Part shown: one piece after another, positions 18,246 through 29,321 of the stretch
Layout of the letters: each line of letters begins with the position of its first letter
Position numbering within the stretch: the first letter of the stretch is position 1
Source: Gemmatimonadota bacterium
Lineage (GTDB): Bacteria; Gemmatimonadota; Gemmatimonadetes; Palauibacterales; Palauibacteraceae
Length of the DNA: 29,674 nt
Assembly (NCBI GenBank): GCA_039588275.1
Contig: JBDHAC010000042.1
Coordinates: 1-29,674 of the forward strand
Direction: 5' to 3'
The notes under the pieces: generated by a model
What the model saw: the letters and a program-made list of their open reading frames with translations, nothing else
The model's database searches: none
Told to the model about the DNA's origin: nothing
Made by a program: the position numbers and the translations under genes

Positions 18246-18282
18246 TTATGTAAGTGTACACTTATTTGTAGCGTCCCGTCAA
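18234..18282 (-). promoter_or_regulatory. Probable leaderless promoter of arsR with two tandem palindromic operators
   Basis: Minus strand TTGACG (18282-18277), N18, TACACT (18258-18253), then 7 nt to GTG 18245. Palindromes ATAAGTattcACTTAT (18234-18249) and perfect TAAGTGTACACTTA (18251-18264). Confidence 0.8.
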
Positions 18283-18392
18283 GGGAACGCGGATTCGGTC
18301 CCTCGACCCCCGGCAGGGTTTCACACGGCCCGCCGCGGCTTTCGAGCGGGACTCCGGATTCTGAATGGTCGGTGCTGCGGCTGGAAGGGCGA

Positions 18393-18413
18393 GCGCGCCC
18401 ACGAGGGGCGCGC
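18393..18413 (-). terminator. GC-rich hairpin downstream of the DUF4342 gene
   Basis: GCGCGCCC-acgag-GGGCGCGC, 16 bp after the stop codon. No U-tract. Confidence 0.35.
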
Positions 18414-18429
18414 CACCGGGAGGACGAGT

Positions 18430-18753
18430 CTATTCGATCTCGACCTCGACTTCGGTGATCTCTTCGGCCTCGGCTTCGGGCTCCTCGGATTCGTCGCCCT
18501 CGCGCTCCACGACGATGGAGCAGTTGGTGACCAGGGCGGCGATGGCGCCGACGGCCGCCCAGGCAGGCAGGAGCAGCGTCCCCACTACGCCAAGCGTGAG
18601 CGGGATCTCGATCAGCTCCTTGCCATCCTCGTTCTTGATGCTGATGCGCCGGACGTTCCCCTCGTGGATGATCTCCTTGACCTTGCTCACGAGGTTCTCG
18701 CCCCGGACCTTGTGCTCCTCCGTGCGTGTCTCCGTGCTGACGTCGTCGGTCAT
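18430..18753 (-). CDS. DUF4342 domain-containing protein
   Basis: EEHKVRGENLVSKVKEIIHEGNVRRISIKNEDGKELIEIPLTLGVVG...AAVGAIAALVTNCSIVVER. ATG 18753 with GAGG upstream. Confidence 0.88.
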   Translation of the reverse strand: MTDDVSTETRTEEHKVRGENLVSKVKEIIHEGNVRRISIKNEDGKELIEIPLTLGVVGTLLLPAWAAVGAIAALVTNCSIVVEREGDESEEPEAEAEEITEVEVEIE

Positions 18754-18783
18754 CTCGCCCTCGGGTCTGTATGTTCCGGCTGA

Positions 18784-20918
<2,135 letters not shown>

Positions 20919-20926
20919 GCGAGGGA

Positions 20927-21733
20927 ATGGAGCCGCCTCCACTGGACGGGTCCCGACCGCTCGCGATCGTCACGGGCGCCTCGGCGGGGATCGGTGTACC
21001 GCTCGCCCGGCTCGCGGCGGCGGATGGATACCGCCCGATCCTCGTGGCCCGGCGGCGGGCGAAGCTCGAGGAGCTGGCCGAAGAGCTCCAGGCCGCGCAT
21101 GGCGGGGATCCGCTCGTCGTGCCCCTCGATCTTGCTGCCGCGGACGCGCCCGAGCAGTTGATCGAGGCCGTGGGGACGGACGCCCCGGTCGAGATGTTGA
21201 TCAACAACGCCGGCTTCGGCACGTGGGGGGCGTTCGCCGAGACGCCCCTGGAGCGCACGACGAGTCTGCTGCAGGTCAACATCACTTCGCTCACGCGCAT
21301 CACGCGTCTTTTTCTCCCCGGCATGCTCGCGCGCGGCCGAGGGTACATCCTCAACGTGGCTTCCACCGCCGCGTTCCAACCCGGACCCGACATGGCGGTG
21401 TACTACGCCAGCAAGGCCTACGTGCTCTCGTTCTCCGAGTCGCTCACCGAGGAGCTGCGGGGGAGCGGGATCCGCGTGTCGGCCCTGTGCCCGGGACCCA
21501 CGCGCACGGAGTTCCACGACGTCGCGCAGATGAAGGACTCCAAGCTGATGGAGAACCTGTGGTGGATGGACGCGGACCGGGTGGCTGAGATCGGCTATAG
21601 GGCGCTGCGCTCGGGCCGCGCCGTGAGGGTTACGGGCTTGATCAACCGAATTCTGACTCAGGCCCCCCGATTCATCCCGCGCGCGCTCACGAGGCGCATG
21701 GTCGCCAGGATCCAGGCGGCGAGACGCGACTGA
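20927..21733 (+). CDS. Short-chain dehydrogenase/reductase (classical SDR)
   Basis: TGASAGIG, LVARR, NNAGFG, NVAS, catalytic YYASK and CPGPTRTEF. Alternative TTG start at 20915. Confidence 0.94.
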   Translation: MEPPPLDGSRPLAIVTGASAGIGVPLARLAAADGYRPILVARRRAKLEELAEELQAAHGGDPLVVPLDLAAADAPEQLIEAVGTDAPVEMLINNAGFGTWGAFAETPLERTTSLLQVNITSLTRITRLFLPGMLARGRGYILNVASTAAFQPGPDMAVYYASKAYVLSFSESLTEELRGSGIRVSALCPGPTRTEFHDVAQMKDSKLMENLWWMDADRVAEIGYRALRSGRAVRVTGLINRILTQAPRFIPRALTRRMVARIQAARRD

Positions 21734-21735
21734 GC

Positions 21736-21978
21736 ATGCGGTCCGGCAGCCTGCTCGCCCCGCTCTTCGCGCTGTTGGCGATCGCCGCGGGGCTTTTCGC
21801 ACGCCGCCGACTCCGCCGCGAGAGAGAGCCGGCGCCCGTCACGGACGATGTCGTCCGGCAGATCGAGGACACCGGGCAGATCGAGACCTCCGAGCGCGAG
21901 CCGCTGGACCTGGGTGAGATTCGGTCCGAGGAGGACGCGTTCTGGGAGCAGACGTGGGACGAGCCGGAGGAACTGTAG
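21736..21978 (+). CDS. Small hypothetical membrane-anchored protein
   Basis: Starts 2 bp after the SDR stop. One hydrophobic segment followed by RRRLRR, then an acidic tail EEDAFWEQTWDEPEEL. Confidence 0.7.
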   Translation: MRSGSLLAPLFALLAIAAGLFARRRLRREREPAPVTDDVVRQIEDTGQIETSEREPLDLGEIRSEEDAFWEQTWDEPEEL

Positions 21979-22146
21979 GCCTTGGTCGTCTCCGCGGGCC
22001 CGGGCAACCCACCCGGTCGCTCGGCCGTCTCACGGTTGCGTCATATCGAGGCCACCCCAGAGGTGATATCGGTGCTCCTCAGCGCGCCGCGCGAGGCGAA
22101 TCGAATCCGGGGTCCGGCCGAACCCTAAGCCACGGAGGCTGATGTC

Positions 22147-23352
22147 ATGCATTTCCGCAGGTGCGCGATGACCCTCCTCGCGGTCGCCCTCGCGGTGTTC
22201 GCGCAGACTACTCCCGCTGCATCACAGGAGGTGCGCGAGCACACGTTGGGTGGCCCCACTGCCACGTTTCCTGACGGGCTCGGAGCGGTTCGCGGGGTGC
22301 GCGAGCTTCCGGACGGCCGAGTGCTCGTATCGGACGGCCTCGGGAAGGCGGTCGTGGTGTGGGATCTGACCGGTGCCGCGGACACGATCGGGGGGATCGG
22401 CGGCGGCCCGGCCGAATACCAGCTGCCCGACGGCCTGTGGGCGCTCCCCGATGGGAAGACGCTGCTCGTGGATCTCGGGAACGGCCGGCTCACAGAGCTG
22501 GGCGCGGACCTGTCGTTCGGCGAGACCACGCCGATCGCGCAGGGTTCGCCGGGAGACCCGGAGCCGCGGAGCCCCCAGGCGATGCAGCAGAGAATGCGGC
22601 AGACCTCGTTCGTTCTCCCGCGCGGAGTCGACGGTGAGGGCCGCATCTACTTCCAGGACATGGGCATGGGGATGACCGATTCCGTCGCGGTCAAGCGGTT
22701 CGATCGCGAGACCGGCGAGACGGAGATCGTGGGCAAGGTCAAGGGCCCGGAGGTCAGCCGGTCCGAGTCGGGCGGTGCGAATGATCGCAACGTCCAGATC
22801 CGGCAGTTGCCTCTGGCTCCCCAGGACGCGTGGGGCGTGGCCTGGGATGGCCGAGTCGCGATGGTGCGGACAAGCGATTACCACCTCGAGTGGGTGCTCC
22901 CCGACGGGCAGGTCGTGCGCGGCGAGCCGGTCGACTTCCGCCCGCTGCCCATCCGCACGGCCGACAAGGAAGAGTGGGTCGCGGATCTGGCAGCGAACGG
23001 ACTCGGCGTCATGGTGTCGATCGACAACGGCCGGCGGCAGACGTCGTTCTCACGCGGTGGCCGCGGAGGCGGGGCGGCGATCGACAGCTATGAGTGGCCC
23101 GAGACCAAGCCGGCGTTCCGAAGTTCGGGCGTACGCGTGAGTTGGGCCGGGGATGCGTGGGTGGAGCGGCACGTACCGGCGGGCGAGGCGCGAACCTTCG
23201 ACGTCTTCGGTCCCGACGGCAACCTGAAGGCCCGTGTGCAACTCCCCGAGGATCGGGAGCTGGTGGCGTTCGGGGATGGCGCCGTATATCTGATTCGACT
23301 GGACGAGTTCGACTTCAACTGGCTGGAGCGCTATGAGCTCCCCTCCCTGTAG
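22147..23352 (+). CDS. Exported hypothetical protein, probable beta-propeller
   Basis: GGAGG RBS and signal peptide. Repeated blade-like motifs: ELPDGRVLVSD, IGGIGGGPAEY, ALPDGKTLLVD, FDVFGPDG. Confidence 0.8.
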   Translation: MHFRRCAMTLLAVALAVFAQTTPAASQEVREHTLGGPTATFPDGLGAVRGVRELPDGRVLVSDGLGKAVVVWDLTGAADTIGGIGGGPAEYQLPDGLWALPDGKTLLVDLGNGRLTELGADLSFGETTPIAQGSPGDPEPRSPQAMQQRMRQTSFVLPRGVDGEGRIYFQDMGMGMTDSVAVKRFDRETGETEIVGKVKGPEVSRSESGGANDRNVQIRQLPLAPQDAWGVAWDGRVAMVRTSDYHLEWVLPDGQVVRGEPVDFRPLPIRTADKEEWVADLAANGLGVMVSIDNGRRQTSFSRGGRGGGAAIDSYEWPETKPAFRSSGVRVSWAGDAWVERHVPAGEARTFDVFGPDGNLKARVQLPEDRELVAFGDGAVYLIRLDEFDFNWLERYELPSL

Positions 23353-23387
23353 CGGGCCGCGAGAGGCGTCCAGCGGACGCGTCGTTC

Positions 23388-23426
23388 GAGACGGCCGGGG
23401 CCTGACGCGGGGTCCCGGCCGTTCTC
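23388..23426. terminator. Hairpin between convergent genes
   Basis: Stem ACGGCCGGG (23391-23399)/CCCGGCCGT (23414-23422), extendable at both ends. Confidence 0.45.
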
Positions 23427-23462
23427 ATGCCTGGGCCCGTCACTTTTTGGGGGCTCTGCCTC

Positions 23463-25679
23463 TCATTGGAGGACTTCGCCGTACCCGATCTCTTCCGCGG
23501 CCAGCACGAACATCGTGGTCGGTAGCCCGCGGGTTCGCAGACGAAGCGCATCGAAGTAGTCGGCGAAGTCCTCATCGGGCTCCGCCATCCCCAGCAAGAC
23601 CAGATCCGCATCGCTGGAGGACTCGTGCAGGATGGACTCGAACGAGCGCCCGTTGGACACGAGCACCTCGTGCTGCGCTCCCGTCCGGATGCGCTCCACC
23701 AGCGAGCCTAGGTTGTCATCCGCCCCCCGCGCCGCGGCCTCGTTGGGAACGACCATCTTGATCCGCACCTCGACACCGCGCCACCTGAGGCTGGACTGGA
23801 GCAGGTAGGCCAGGATCATCATCAGCCCGCCGTTCCCTTTCAGTCCTCTCCACCACACGTCGATCCGCTTACGCGCGCCAAACCCGTCCCGAGCCTCGTC
23901 GCGCACGATGATCACGTTCCTGCGCGCCGCGTTGAAGGAGCGAATCATGCGACCGTAGCGCTCCCGGTGAGCGGGCTCCTGCGTGTCTCCCAGCAGGACG
24001 GTGTTCGGCACGAGCGCTCCCAACCCGTACATGTCCACCATCTTCTCCGCGCCGAGGAACGGGTTGCTCGCCGGAATCACGCGGACCAGGGCGTGGACGC
24101 CGCGCCGGGCCAGGTACTCGCGCATGCTCGCCTCCAGCTTCTGGCGACGGTCCACCGTGATCGCCCGCGCGGGAACGACAGTGGATACCGTCATCAGGGC
24201 CCGGTTGTGGGTCAGCGCCGTGGCCAGATCGATCAGGTGCCAGCGCCGCGTGGGAGACCCTGACAGCACGAGGAGATGCGGTCGCCAGTTCTTCGGGTCG
24301 GCGACCGGTCGCACGCGCATCAGGCCCGAGCGCGTAACCGCCAGCCACAGGCCGTGCCGGACATCTCCCCAAGCGACCGTCAGCTCGCGACGCTCGAGCC
24401 ACAGGAAGACCCCGAGCGTGAAGACCACGGCCACCGCGGTGGCGAGCGCGTTGATCACCAACATCACCGCGATACAGGCCACCGCCCCCAGGAGGGAGAG
24501 CGACCAGTGCACGCGGAACGTAGGACGGAACGACGGACTTTGAACGAAGCGCTCGATTCCGGCCGCGACGTTCAGCACGCCGTATGTCGTGAGGAAGAAC
24601 ATCGTCAGGATCGGGGCGATCACGTTGAGATTGCCGAGCCACACGGCGGCGAACGCGAGGCCCATGGTGAACGCCGTCCCGATCCGTGGAGCGTCTTCGG
24701 GTCCACTCCCCCTCCCCAGCCACCGAAACCCTTTGGGGAGCACCCGGTCCCTGGCCAGGGCCTGGAGCACGCGCGGGGCACCCAGGATGCTCCCCACCGC
24801 GCTCGACAGCGTCGCCCCCCAGATCCCGAGCAGGATGGCATCACCCCAGAACGCCATACGCCGCATCACCAGCGGATCCGACCCCAGCGTGGCCGGGTCG
24901 ACCCGCGCCGCCAGGATGACGGGGAGCGCCATGTAGATCAGGAACCCCGTACCGATGGCCGCGAACGTTCCGCGCGGGATCGCGCGAGCCGGATTCCGGA
25001 GATCGCCCGACAGGTTCACGCCCGCCATGATCCCGGTCACCGCCGGGAAGAAGACGGCGAACACGCGCCAGAAGTTTGGCTCGATAGGCAGCGGATCGAC
25101 CGCTGCGGCTCCGGCCGTGACCGGATCGAGTGGCCGCCCGATCGCCAGCGAGAGGAGCGAGAGCGCGATCGCGCCCATGATGATGTACTGCGCCCGCAGG
25201 GCGGCGCGGGTCGACATGATCGCGAGGAGCGCCACCGACGCGGTCACGAAGAGCCCCACCGCTCGCTGATCCAGCAGCGGGAACACCGCGACGACGCTCT
25301 CCGCGAAGCCCACGGTGTAGAGCGCCACGGAGAAGGCCAGGGCGAGGAAGAGCGGGATCCCGACAGCGCCGCCGGCCTCGATCCCCAGCGAGCGACTGAT
25401 CATGTAATACGCGCCGCCCGTCCGGACTCGTTGGTCGGTCGCGATCGCCGAGATCGAGAGCGCCGTCAGGAACGTGATGCTCGTCGAGATCGTCACGATG
25501 AGCAACGTTCGACCCAATCCGACGTTGCCTACGACCCAGCCGAGCCGCAGATACATGATCACGCCCAGGATCGTGAGGATCGAGGGGGTGAACACGCCTT
25601 CGAACGTCCCCAGACCGCCCTCCTTGGGCGTCAGGACCTGGGTGCCGTTGGCGGGTCGCGGGCTCCCGGCGCGCGGCAT
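23463..25679 (-). CDS. Cation-chloride cotransporter family protein (SLC12/Na-K-Cl cotransporter-like, APC superfamily)
   Basis: LGTFEGVFTPSILTILGVIMYLRLGWVVG, GGAYYMISRSLG, FAVFFPAVTGIMAG, APRVLQALARD, SPSFRPTF, KNWRP and IDVWW...NGGLM. This is the CCC membrane domain plus C-terminal domain. Confidence 0.93.
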   Translation of the reverse strand: MPRAGSPRPANGTQVLTPKEGGLGTFEGVFTPSILTILGVIMYLRLGWVVGNVGLGRTLLIVTISTSITFLTALSISAIATDQRVRTGGAYYMISRSLGIEAGGAVGIPLFLALAFSVALYTVGFAESVVAVFPLLDQRAVGLFVTASVALLAIMSTRAALRAQYIIMGAIALSLLSLAIGRPLDPVTAGAAAVDPLPIEPNFWRVFAVFFPAVTGIMAGVNLSGDLRNPARAIPRGTFAAIGTGFLIYMALPVILAARVDPATLGSDPLVMRRMAFWGDAILLGIWGATLSSAVGSILGAPRVLQALARDRVLPKGFRWLGRGSGPEDAPRIGTAFTMGLAFAAVWLGNLNVIAPILTMFFLTTYGVLNVAAGIERFVQSPSFRPTFRVHWSLSLLGAVACIAVMLVINALATAVAVVFTLGVFLWLERRELTVAWGDVRHGLWLAVTRSGLMRVRPVADPKNWRPHLLVLSGSPTRRWHLIDLATALTHNRALMTVSTVVPARAITVDRRQKLEASMREYLARRGVHALVRVIPASNPFLGAEKMVDMYGLGALVPNTVLLGDTQEPAHRERYGRMIRSFNAARRNVIIVRDEARDGFGARKRIDVWWRGLKGNGGLMMILAYLLQSSLRWRGVEVRIKMVVPNEAAARGADDNLGSLVERIRTGAQHEVLVSNGRSFESILHESSSDADLVLLGMAEPDEDFADYFDALRLRTRGLPTTMFVLAAEEIGYGEVLQ

Positions 25680-25765
25680 CAGGCGGCCTCGCGGAGTCCG
25701 GTCACCGGTCGGACGGAGCGGAGCGGCTCGACCGGCGGCGGTGAATGATCGACTGGAGAAGGCGC

Positions 25766-26125
25766 ATGGAGAAGGTCAATCTCGCGCGGAAGCTTGCCAC
25801 CTTCGAGGAGCATTGGAGCCCGAAGATCGTCGGCGACCTCAACGGGCAGCACGTCAAGCTCGCCAAGCTGCAGGGCGAGTTCGTGTGGCACCACCACGAG
25901 CACGAGGATGAGCTGTTTCTGGTTCTGGACGGACGCCTCGTGATCGAGCTCAGGGACGGACAGGTCGTGCTCGAGCCGGGGGAGTTCTTCATCGTGCCGC
26001 GCGGCGTGGAGCACAAACCGAGCGCCGCCGAGGAGACTCATATCTTGCTGTTCGAGCCGAAGTCGACGCTCAACACGGGCAACGTTCGTGACGCACGCAC
26101 GGTCGAAGAACCGGAGCGTATCTAG
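25766..26125 (+). CDS. Cupin domain-containing protein
   Basis: GGAG RBS. Sequence EHWSPKIVG...GEFVWHHHEHEDELFLVL...GEFFIVPRGVEHKP...LLFEPKSTLNTG. Confidence 0.92.
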   Translation: MEKVNLARKLATFEEHWSPKIVGDLNGQHVKLAKLQGEFVWHHHEHEDELFLVLDGRLVIELRDGQVVLEPGEFFIVPRGVEHKPSAAEETHILLFEPKSTLNTGNVRDARTVEEPERI

Positions 26126-26189
26126 CTCGCGGCCGTTCGACATCCGGCTGCGGCCGTGGGAGCCTGGGAGGGGTAGCATGCCGGGCGCG

Positions 26190-26217
26190 ATTATAACACC
26201 CCGCCCCGTCTGGTCAA
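26190..26217 (-). promoter_or_regulatory. Near-consensus sigma70 promoter on the minus strand
   Basis: TTGACC (26217-26212), N16, TATAAT (26195-26190), with extended -10 TGn and a GC-rich discriminator. Confidence 0.7.
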
Positions 26218-26260
26218 TGATGCACGCGCGCTCGAGGTGGGCAATCCGAGAGGAGAGACG

Positions 26261-26749
26261 ATGATCCGTTCGCTTCGCACCATGTCGTGGGCGACACTGG
26301 CCACCCTCGCACTGCCGGTCAATTCGGCGCTGGCGCAGGAGGCCGGTGCCGATCGGGAGGCGGTACTCGGGGTGGTCGAGACGCTGTTCGACGGGATGCG
26401 GGCGCGAGATGCCGCCGTAGTCGGCAGCGTGTTTCACGAATCAGCGCAGATGTTCCGGGCGCCGGAGCCGGGTGGGGGTGGGACCGTCAGCGTGAACGGC
26501 GTGGAGAGATTCATCAACGCCGTGGGCAGCGGCTCCGAGGTGTGGGACGAGCCCGTGTGGGATCCCGTCGTCCAGGTCCGCGACAACCTGGCGACGGTGT
26601 GGGTCAAGTACGCGTTCTACCTGGACGGGGAGTTCTCGCACTGCGGCGTGGACGCGTTCATGCTCGCGCGCACGGGTGACCGGTGGAAGATCGTCGCTCT
26701 CGCGGACACGTCTCAGCGGGAGAACTGCGAAATGCCTCCGGACCGCTAG
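26261..26749 (+). CDS. Exported nuclear transport factor 2 (NTF2)-like family protein
   Basis: GAGGAG RBS and signal ending ALA-QE. Motifs VVETLFDGMRARD, NLATVWVKYAFYLDGEFSHCGVDAFML and WKIV. Confidence 0.87.
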   Translation: MIRSLRTMSWATLATLALPVNSALAQEAGADREAVLGVVETLFDGMRARDAAVVGSVFHESAQMFRAPEPGGGGTVSVNGVERFINAVGSGSEVWDEPVWDPVVQVRDNLATVWVKYAFYLDGEFSHCGVDAFMLARTGDRWKIVALADTSQRENCEMPPDR

Positions 26750-27948
26750 CCGGCGTCGCCCTCGGCTCTCTCCTGATCCGATCCCGCCGGGGGCGGCTCG
26801 CCCTCGGCCGGCTCTCCCTGCGGCGGCTCGCCCTCGGCCGGCTCTCCGATCGCCTCGCCCTCGATCGGCTGTCGCGGCATCACCGGCGCGCCCTCGAACA
26901 GTCGTTCCAGTCCGCCGGTCACGACCTGCTCGCCGATCTCGACTCCGCTCAGAATCTCCACGCGGCCCGGGGTTCGGATCCCGAGCTCGACCTCACGGCG
27001 CGTGGCCTGCCCCTCTGGTGTGACGACCCAGACGAAGAAGCCCACCTCGAGCGGCAGGATCGCATCCTCGGGAATCATGACTGCGTCGGCTCGCACCTCG
27101 GTCGCCAGCCGCGCTTCGATGAACATCCCAGCCTGGAGCACCCGGTCGCGGTTCGGCACGACGGCCTTGACCACGATGGTTCGCGCCGGGAGGCGAACCA
27201 TGGGATCGACGAAGTCGACCTCTCCCGTGAACGTCCGCCCCCGGACCGCCGCCACGCCGAAGTTGACCTCCTGCCCCACGGCGAGCCGCTCCGCATACCG
27301 TTCCGGGACTTCGAAGGCCGCACGCTGCGGATTCACCGTCTGTAACGTGACGAGGCGGGTGGCCGAGGTGACGTAGTCACCGAGACTGACCAGCCGCTCA
27401 CCGGCGACGCCCGCGAACGGCGCCCGTACAACCGTTCGGTCGAGCCGGAGCTGAGTCAGATCCAGATCCGCCTGCGAGCTTCGGGCGCGCGCTTCCGCCT
27501 CTTCCAGCTCCGCCTGCGATGTGGCGTCCTCGGCCAGGAGCGCGCGTGTGCGGGCCAGGGCCTGAGCCGCCAGATCCCGCTCCGCCTCGAGCCGCGCCAC
27601 CTGTGCCGTCAACTCGGCGTCATCCACCTTGAACAGCGCCCTCCCGCGGGAGACCTCCACGCCCTCGCGGACGTAGATCTCGACGATGCGACCGTCCACC
27701 TCCGGTCGAAGCTCGATGGATTGGATCGCTTCGATCGCGCCCGTGGCCCTGATCTCGTCGATCGCGGTGTCCTGCACGGCCGTGGCCACGTCCACCGGCG
27801 TGGGTGGCATTCCACCCCCAAAACCACCGGCCCCACCTTCGGCCTCCGCGTCGCCGCACGCGGTCCACAACGCAGCGCATAGGCCGATCGCAACGATCGG
27901 GACTACTCGCCCTCGGACCAAGATCTGTTTGGAATCTATCTTCTTCAT
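26746..27948 (-). CDS. RND efflux periplasmic adaptor (membrane fusion) subunit
   Basis: Lipoprotein-like signal WTA-C. Motifs IELRPEVDGRIVEIYVREG, coiled hairpin, VRAPFAGVAG, FEVPE, GEVDFVDP and VEILSGVEIGEQVVTGG. Confidence 0.93.
   Translation of the reverse strand: MKKIDSKQILVRGRVVPIVAIGLCAALWTACGDAEAEGGAGGFGGGMPPTPVDVATAVQDTAIDEIRATGAIEAIQSIELRPEVDGRIVEIYVREGVEVSRGRALFKVDDAELTAQVARLEAERDLAAQALARTRALLAEDATSQAELEEAEARARSSQADLDLTQLRLDRTVVRAPFAGVAGERLVSLGDYVTSATRLVTLQTVNPQRAAFEVPERYAERLAVGQEVNFGVAAVRGRTFTGEVDFVDPMVRLPARTIVVKAVVPNRDRVLQAGMFIEARLATEVRADAVMIPEDAILPLEVGFFVWVVTPEGQATRREVELGIRTPGRVEILSGVEIGEQVVTGGLERLFEGAPVMPRQPIEGEAIGEPAEGEPPQGEPAEGEPPPAGSDQERAEGDAG
26792..26847. repeat. Intragenic 26-bp direct repeat with 30-bp period
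   Basis: GGCGGCTCGCCCTCGGCCGGCTCTCC at 26792-26817 and 26822-26847. Encodes GEPAEGEPP twice in the adaptor tail. Confidence 0.9.
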
Positions 27949-29321
27949 GGCTCTATTCGATCGGGAAACAGGCGCCGCCCGAGGAGTGCCTCGAGACCGG
28001 CGAGTGCCAACCGCGTCGCGTAGCGGGCCTGCACCAGACCTGCCTCGGCGTCGGCAAGATCCACCTGTGCGGTGATCAAGTCCAGAATCGTCGTGGCGCC
28101 CGTACGGTAGCGGCTCTCCTGAACCCTTAGGTTCTCGGTGGCCACTACGACCGCGCGCGCAGCCAGCTCGGCGCTCGCCCGGGCCGTGTTGTAGGTCGCG
28201 TAGGCCTGTACCACATCGCGCCGCACGCTTCGCTCCACTTGCTCTCGACGCGTTCGGGCCACATCGCGTTGGACGCGCGCCTGAGAGACCTGGATCTCCC
28301 TCTGCGCCCCGTTCCAGAGCGGGACCGTCACGACAAACCCGGCCTGCGAGCGAACGGTACCCGTCGGAAAGAACTTGTCGTCGAAGCTCTGAACCTGCCC
28401 GAAGAGGTCGAGCGAGGGCAGATAGCTGGCTCGTTGCTGGTTGAGGAACGCCTGCGCTCCCCGCTCTTCCGCTGCGGCCGTCTGGTAATCCGGACCGCTC
28501 TCGAGCGCTTCCGCGATCGCTTCGAGCTCGGTGATCGGGAGTAGGGGCGCCGGGGTCGTATCGACCGCCGCTGCGTCCACCGGTCCGGCCGCACCCACTC
28601 GGCGTCCGAGCGCGTAGCGGGCGACGCGTAGGGCCGCGTCTTCCTGCAAGAGGTCAACCTGTGCCCGGGTCAACTCGAGAAGCAGCTGTAACGAGTCGGT
28701 CTGCACCGCTGCGCCGGAGACGACGCGCGCGCGCGCGATCGCCAGCTGCTCCTGTGCCCGGCGCACTCGCTCCTGCGCCACCAGGCGAAGCTCCTTGCCC
28801 GCAAGCACATCGTAGTAATCCGCCTCGGTATCGAGCGCCGTCTGGTAGAGCGCCTGCACTTCGTTCGAGATCGAGGCATCGATCTCCGCGCGCGAGCGGG
28901 TCAGCTCGAAGAACTTGGCTCCGCCCTGAAACAGGTTCAGACTGCCCTGTAGAGTACCCTGGACGAGCTGAGTGGTGAGATCCGCCGTGCCGATGTTGAA
29001 GAACTCGCTCGACGCGCGCGTGAGGCTGGCGGACGCCTGCACCGAGGGGAGGACGAAGGCCGTCACCGCGGCGCGGCGAGACCAGGCCGCGTTGTCGATC
29101 CGGCCCAATGCCGCCACATAGTCCGGATCGAACGAAGTCGCGCGCCGGATCGCCTCGTCCAGCGTGATCGACTCGATGTCCTCGGCTTCCTGAACCGAGG
29201 AGATCAGCGGTGTGGCCTGCGCGGGCCCGGCGCTTCCGGGTTCCAATACCGCCTGCTGCCCCGACAGAGGCGCCGTGGTCACCGCGAAGAGGCAGGCGAG
29301 TACCGCCAGATTACGCCTCAC
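27945..29321 (-). CDS. TolC family outer membrane efflux protein
   Basis: GTG start overlaps the permease stop (GTGA). Signal MRRNLAVLACLFAV. Motifs ITLDEAI, YYDVL, RASYLPSLDL, VTVPLWNG and RYRTGATTILDLITAQ. Confidence 0.92.
   Translation of the reverse strand: MRRNLAVLACLFAVTTAPLSGQQAVLEPGSAGPAQATPLISSVQEAEDIESITLDEAIRRATSFDPDYVAALGRIDNAAWSRRAAVTAFVLPSVQASASLTRASSEFFNIGTADLTTQLVQGTLQGSLNLFQGGAKFFELTRSRAEIDASISNEVQALYQTALDTEADYYDVLAGKELRLVAQERVRRAQEQLAIARARVVSGAAVQTDSLQLLLELTRAQVDLLQEDAALRVARYALGRRVGAAGPVDAAAVDTTPAPLLPITELEAIAEALESGPDYQTAAAEERGAQAFLNQQRASYLPSLDLFGQVQSFDDKFFPTGTVRSQAGFVVTVPLWNGAQREIQVSQARVQRDVARTRREQVERSVRRDVVQAYATYNTARASAELAARAVVVATENLRVQESRYRTGATTILDLITAQVDLADAEAGLVQARYATRLALAGLEALLGRRLFPDRIEP

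Noticed and set aside
18340..18375. Anticodon-loop-like GGATTCTGAAT suggesting a tRNA remnant
   Set aside because: No complete anticodon stem, T-arm or acceptor stem.
26792..26847. 26-bp direct repeat as a mini-CRISPR or att site
   Set aside because: Only 4 bp separate the copies, and it is an in-frame coding duplication.
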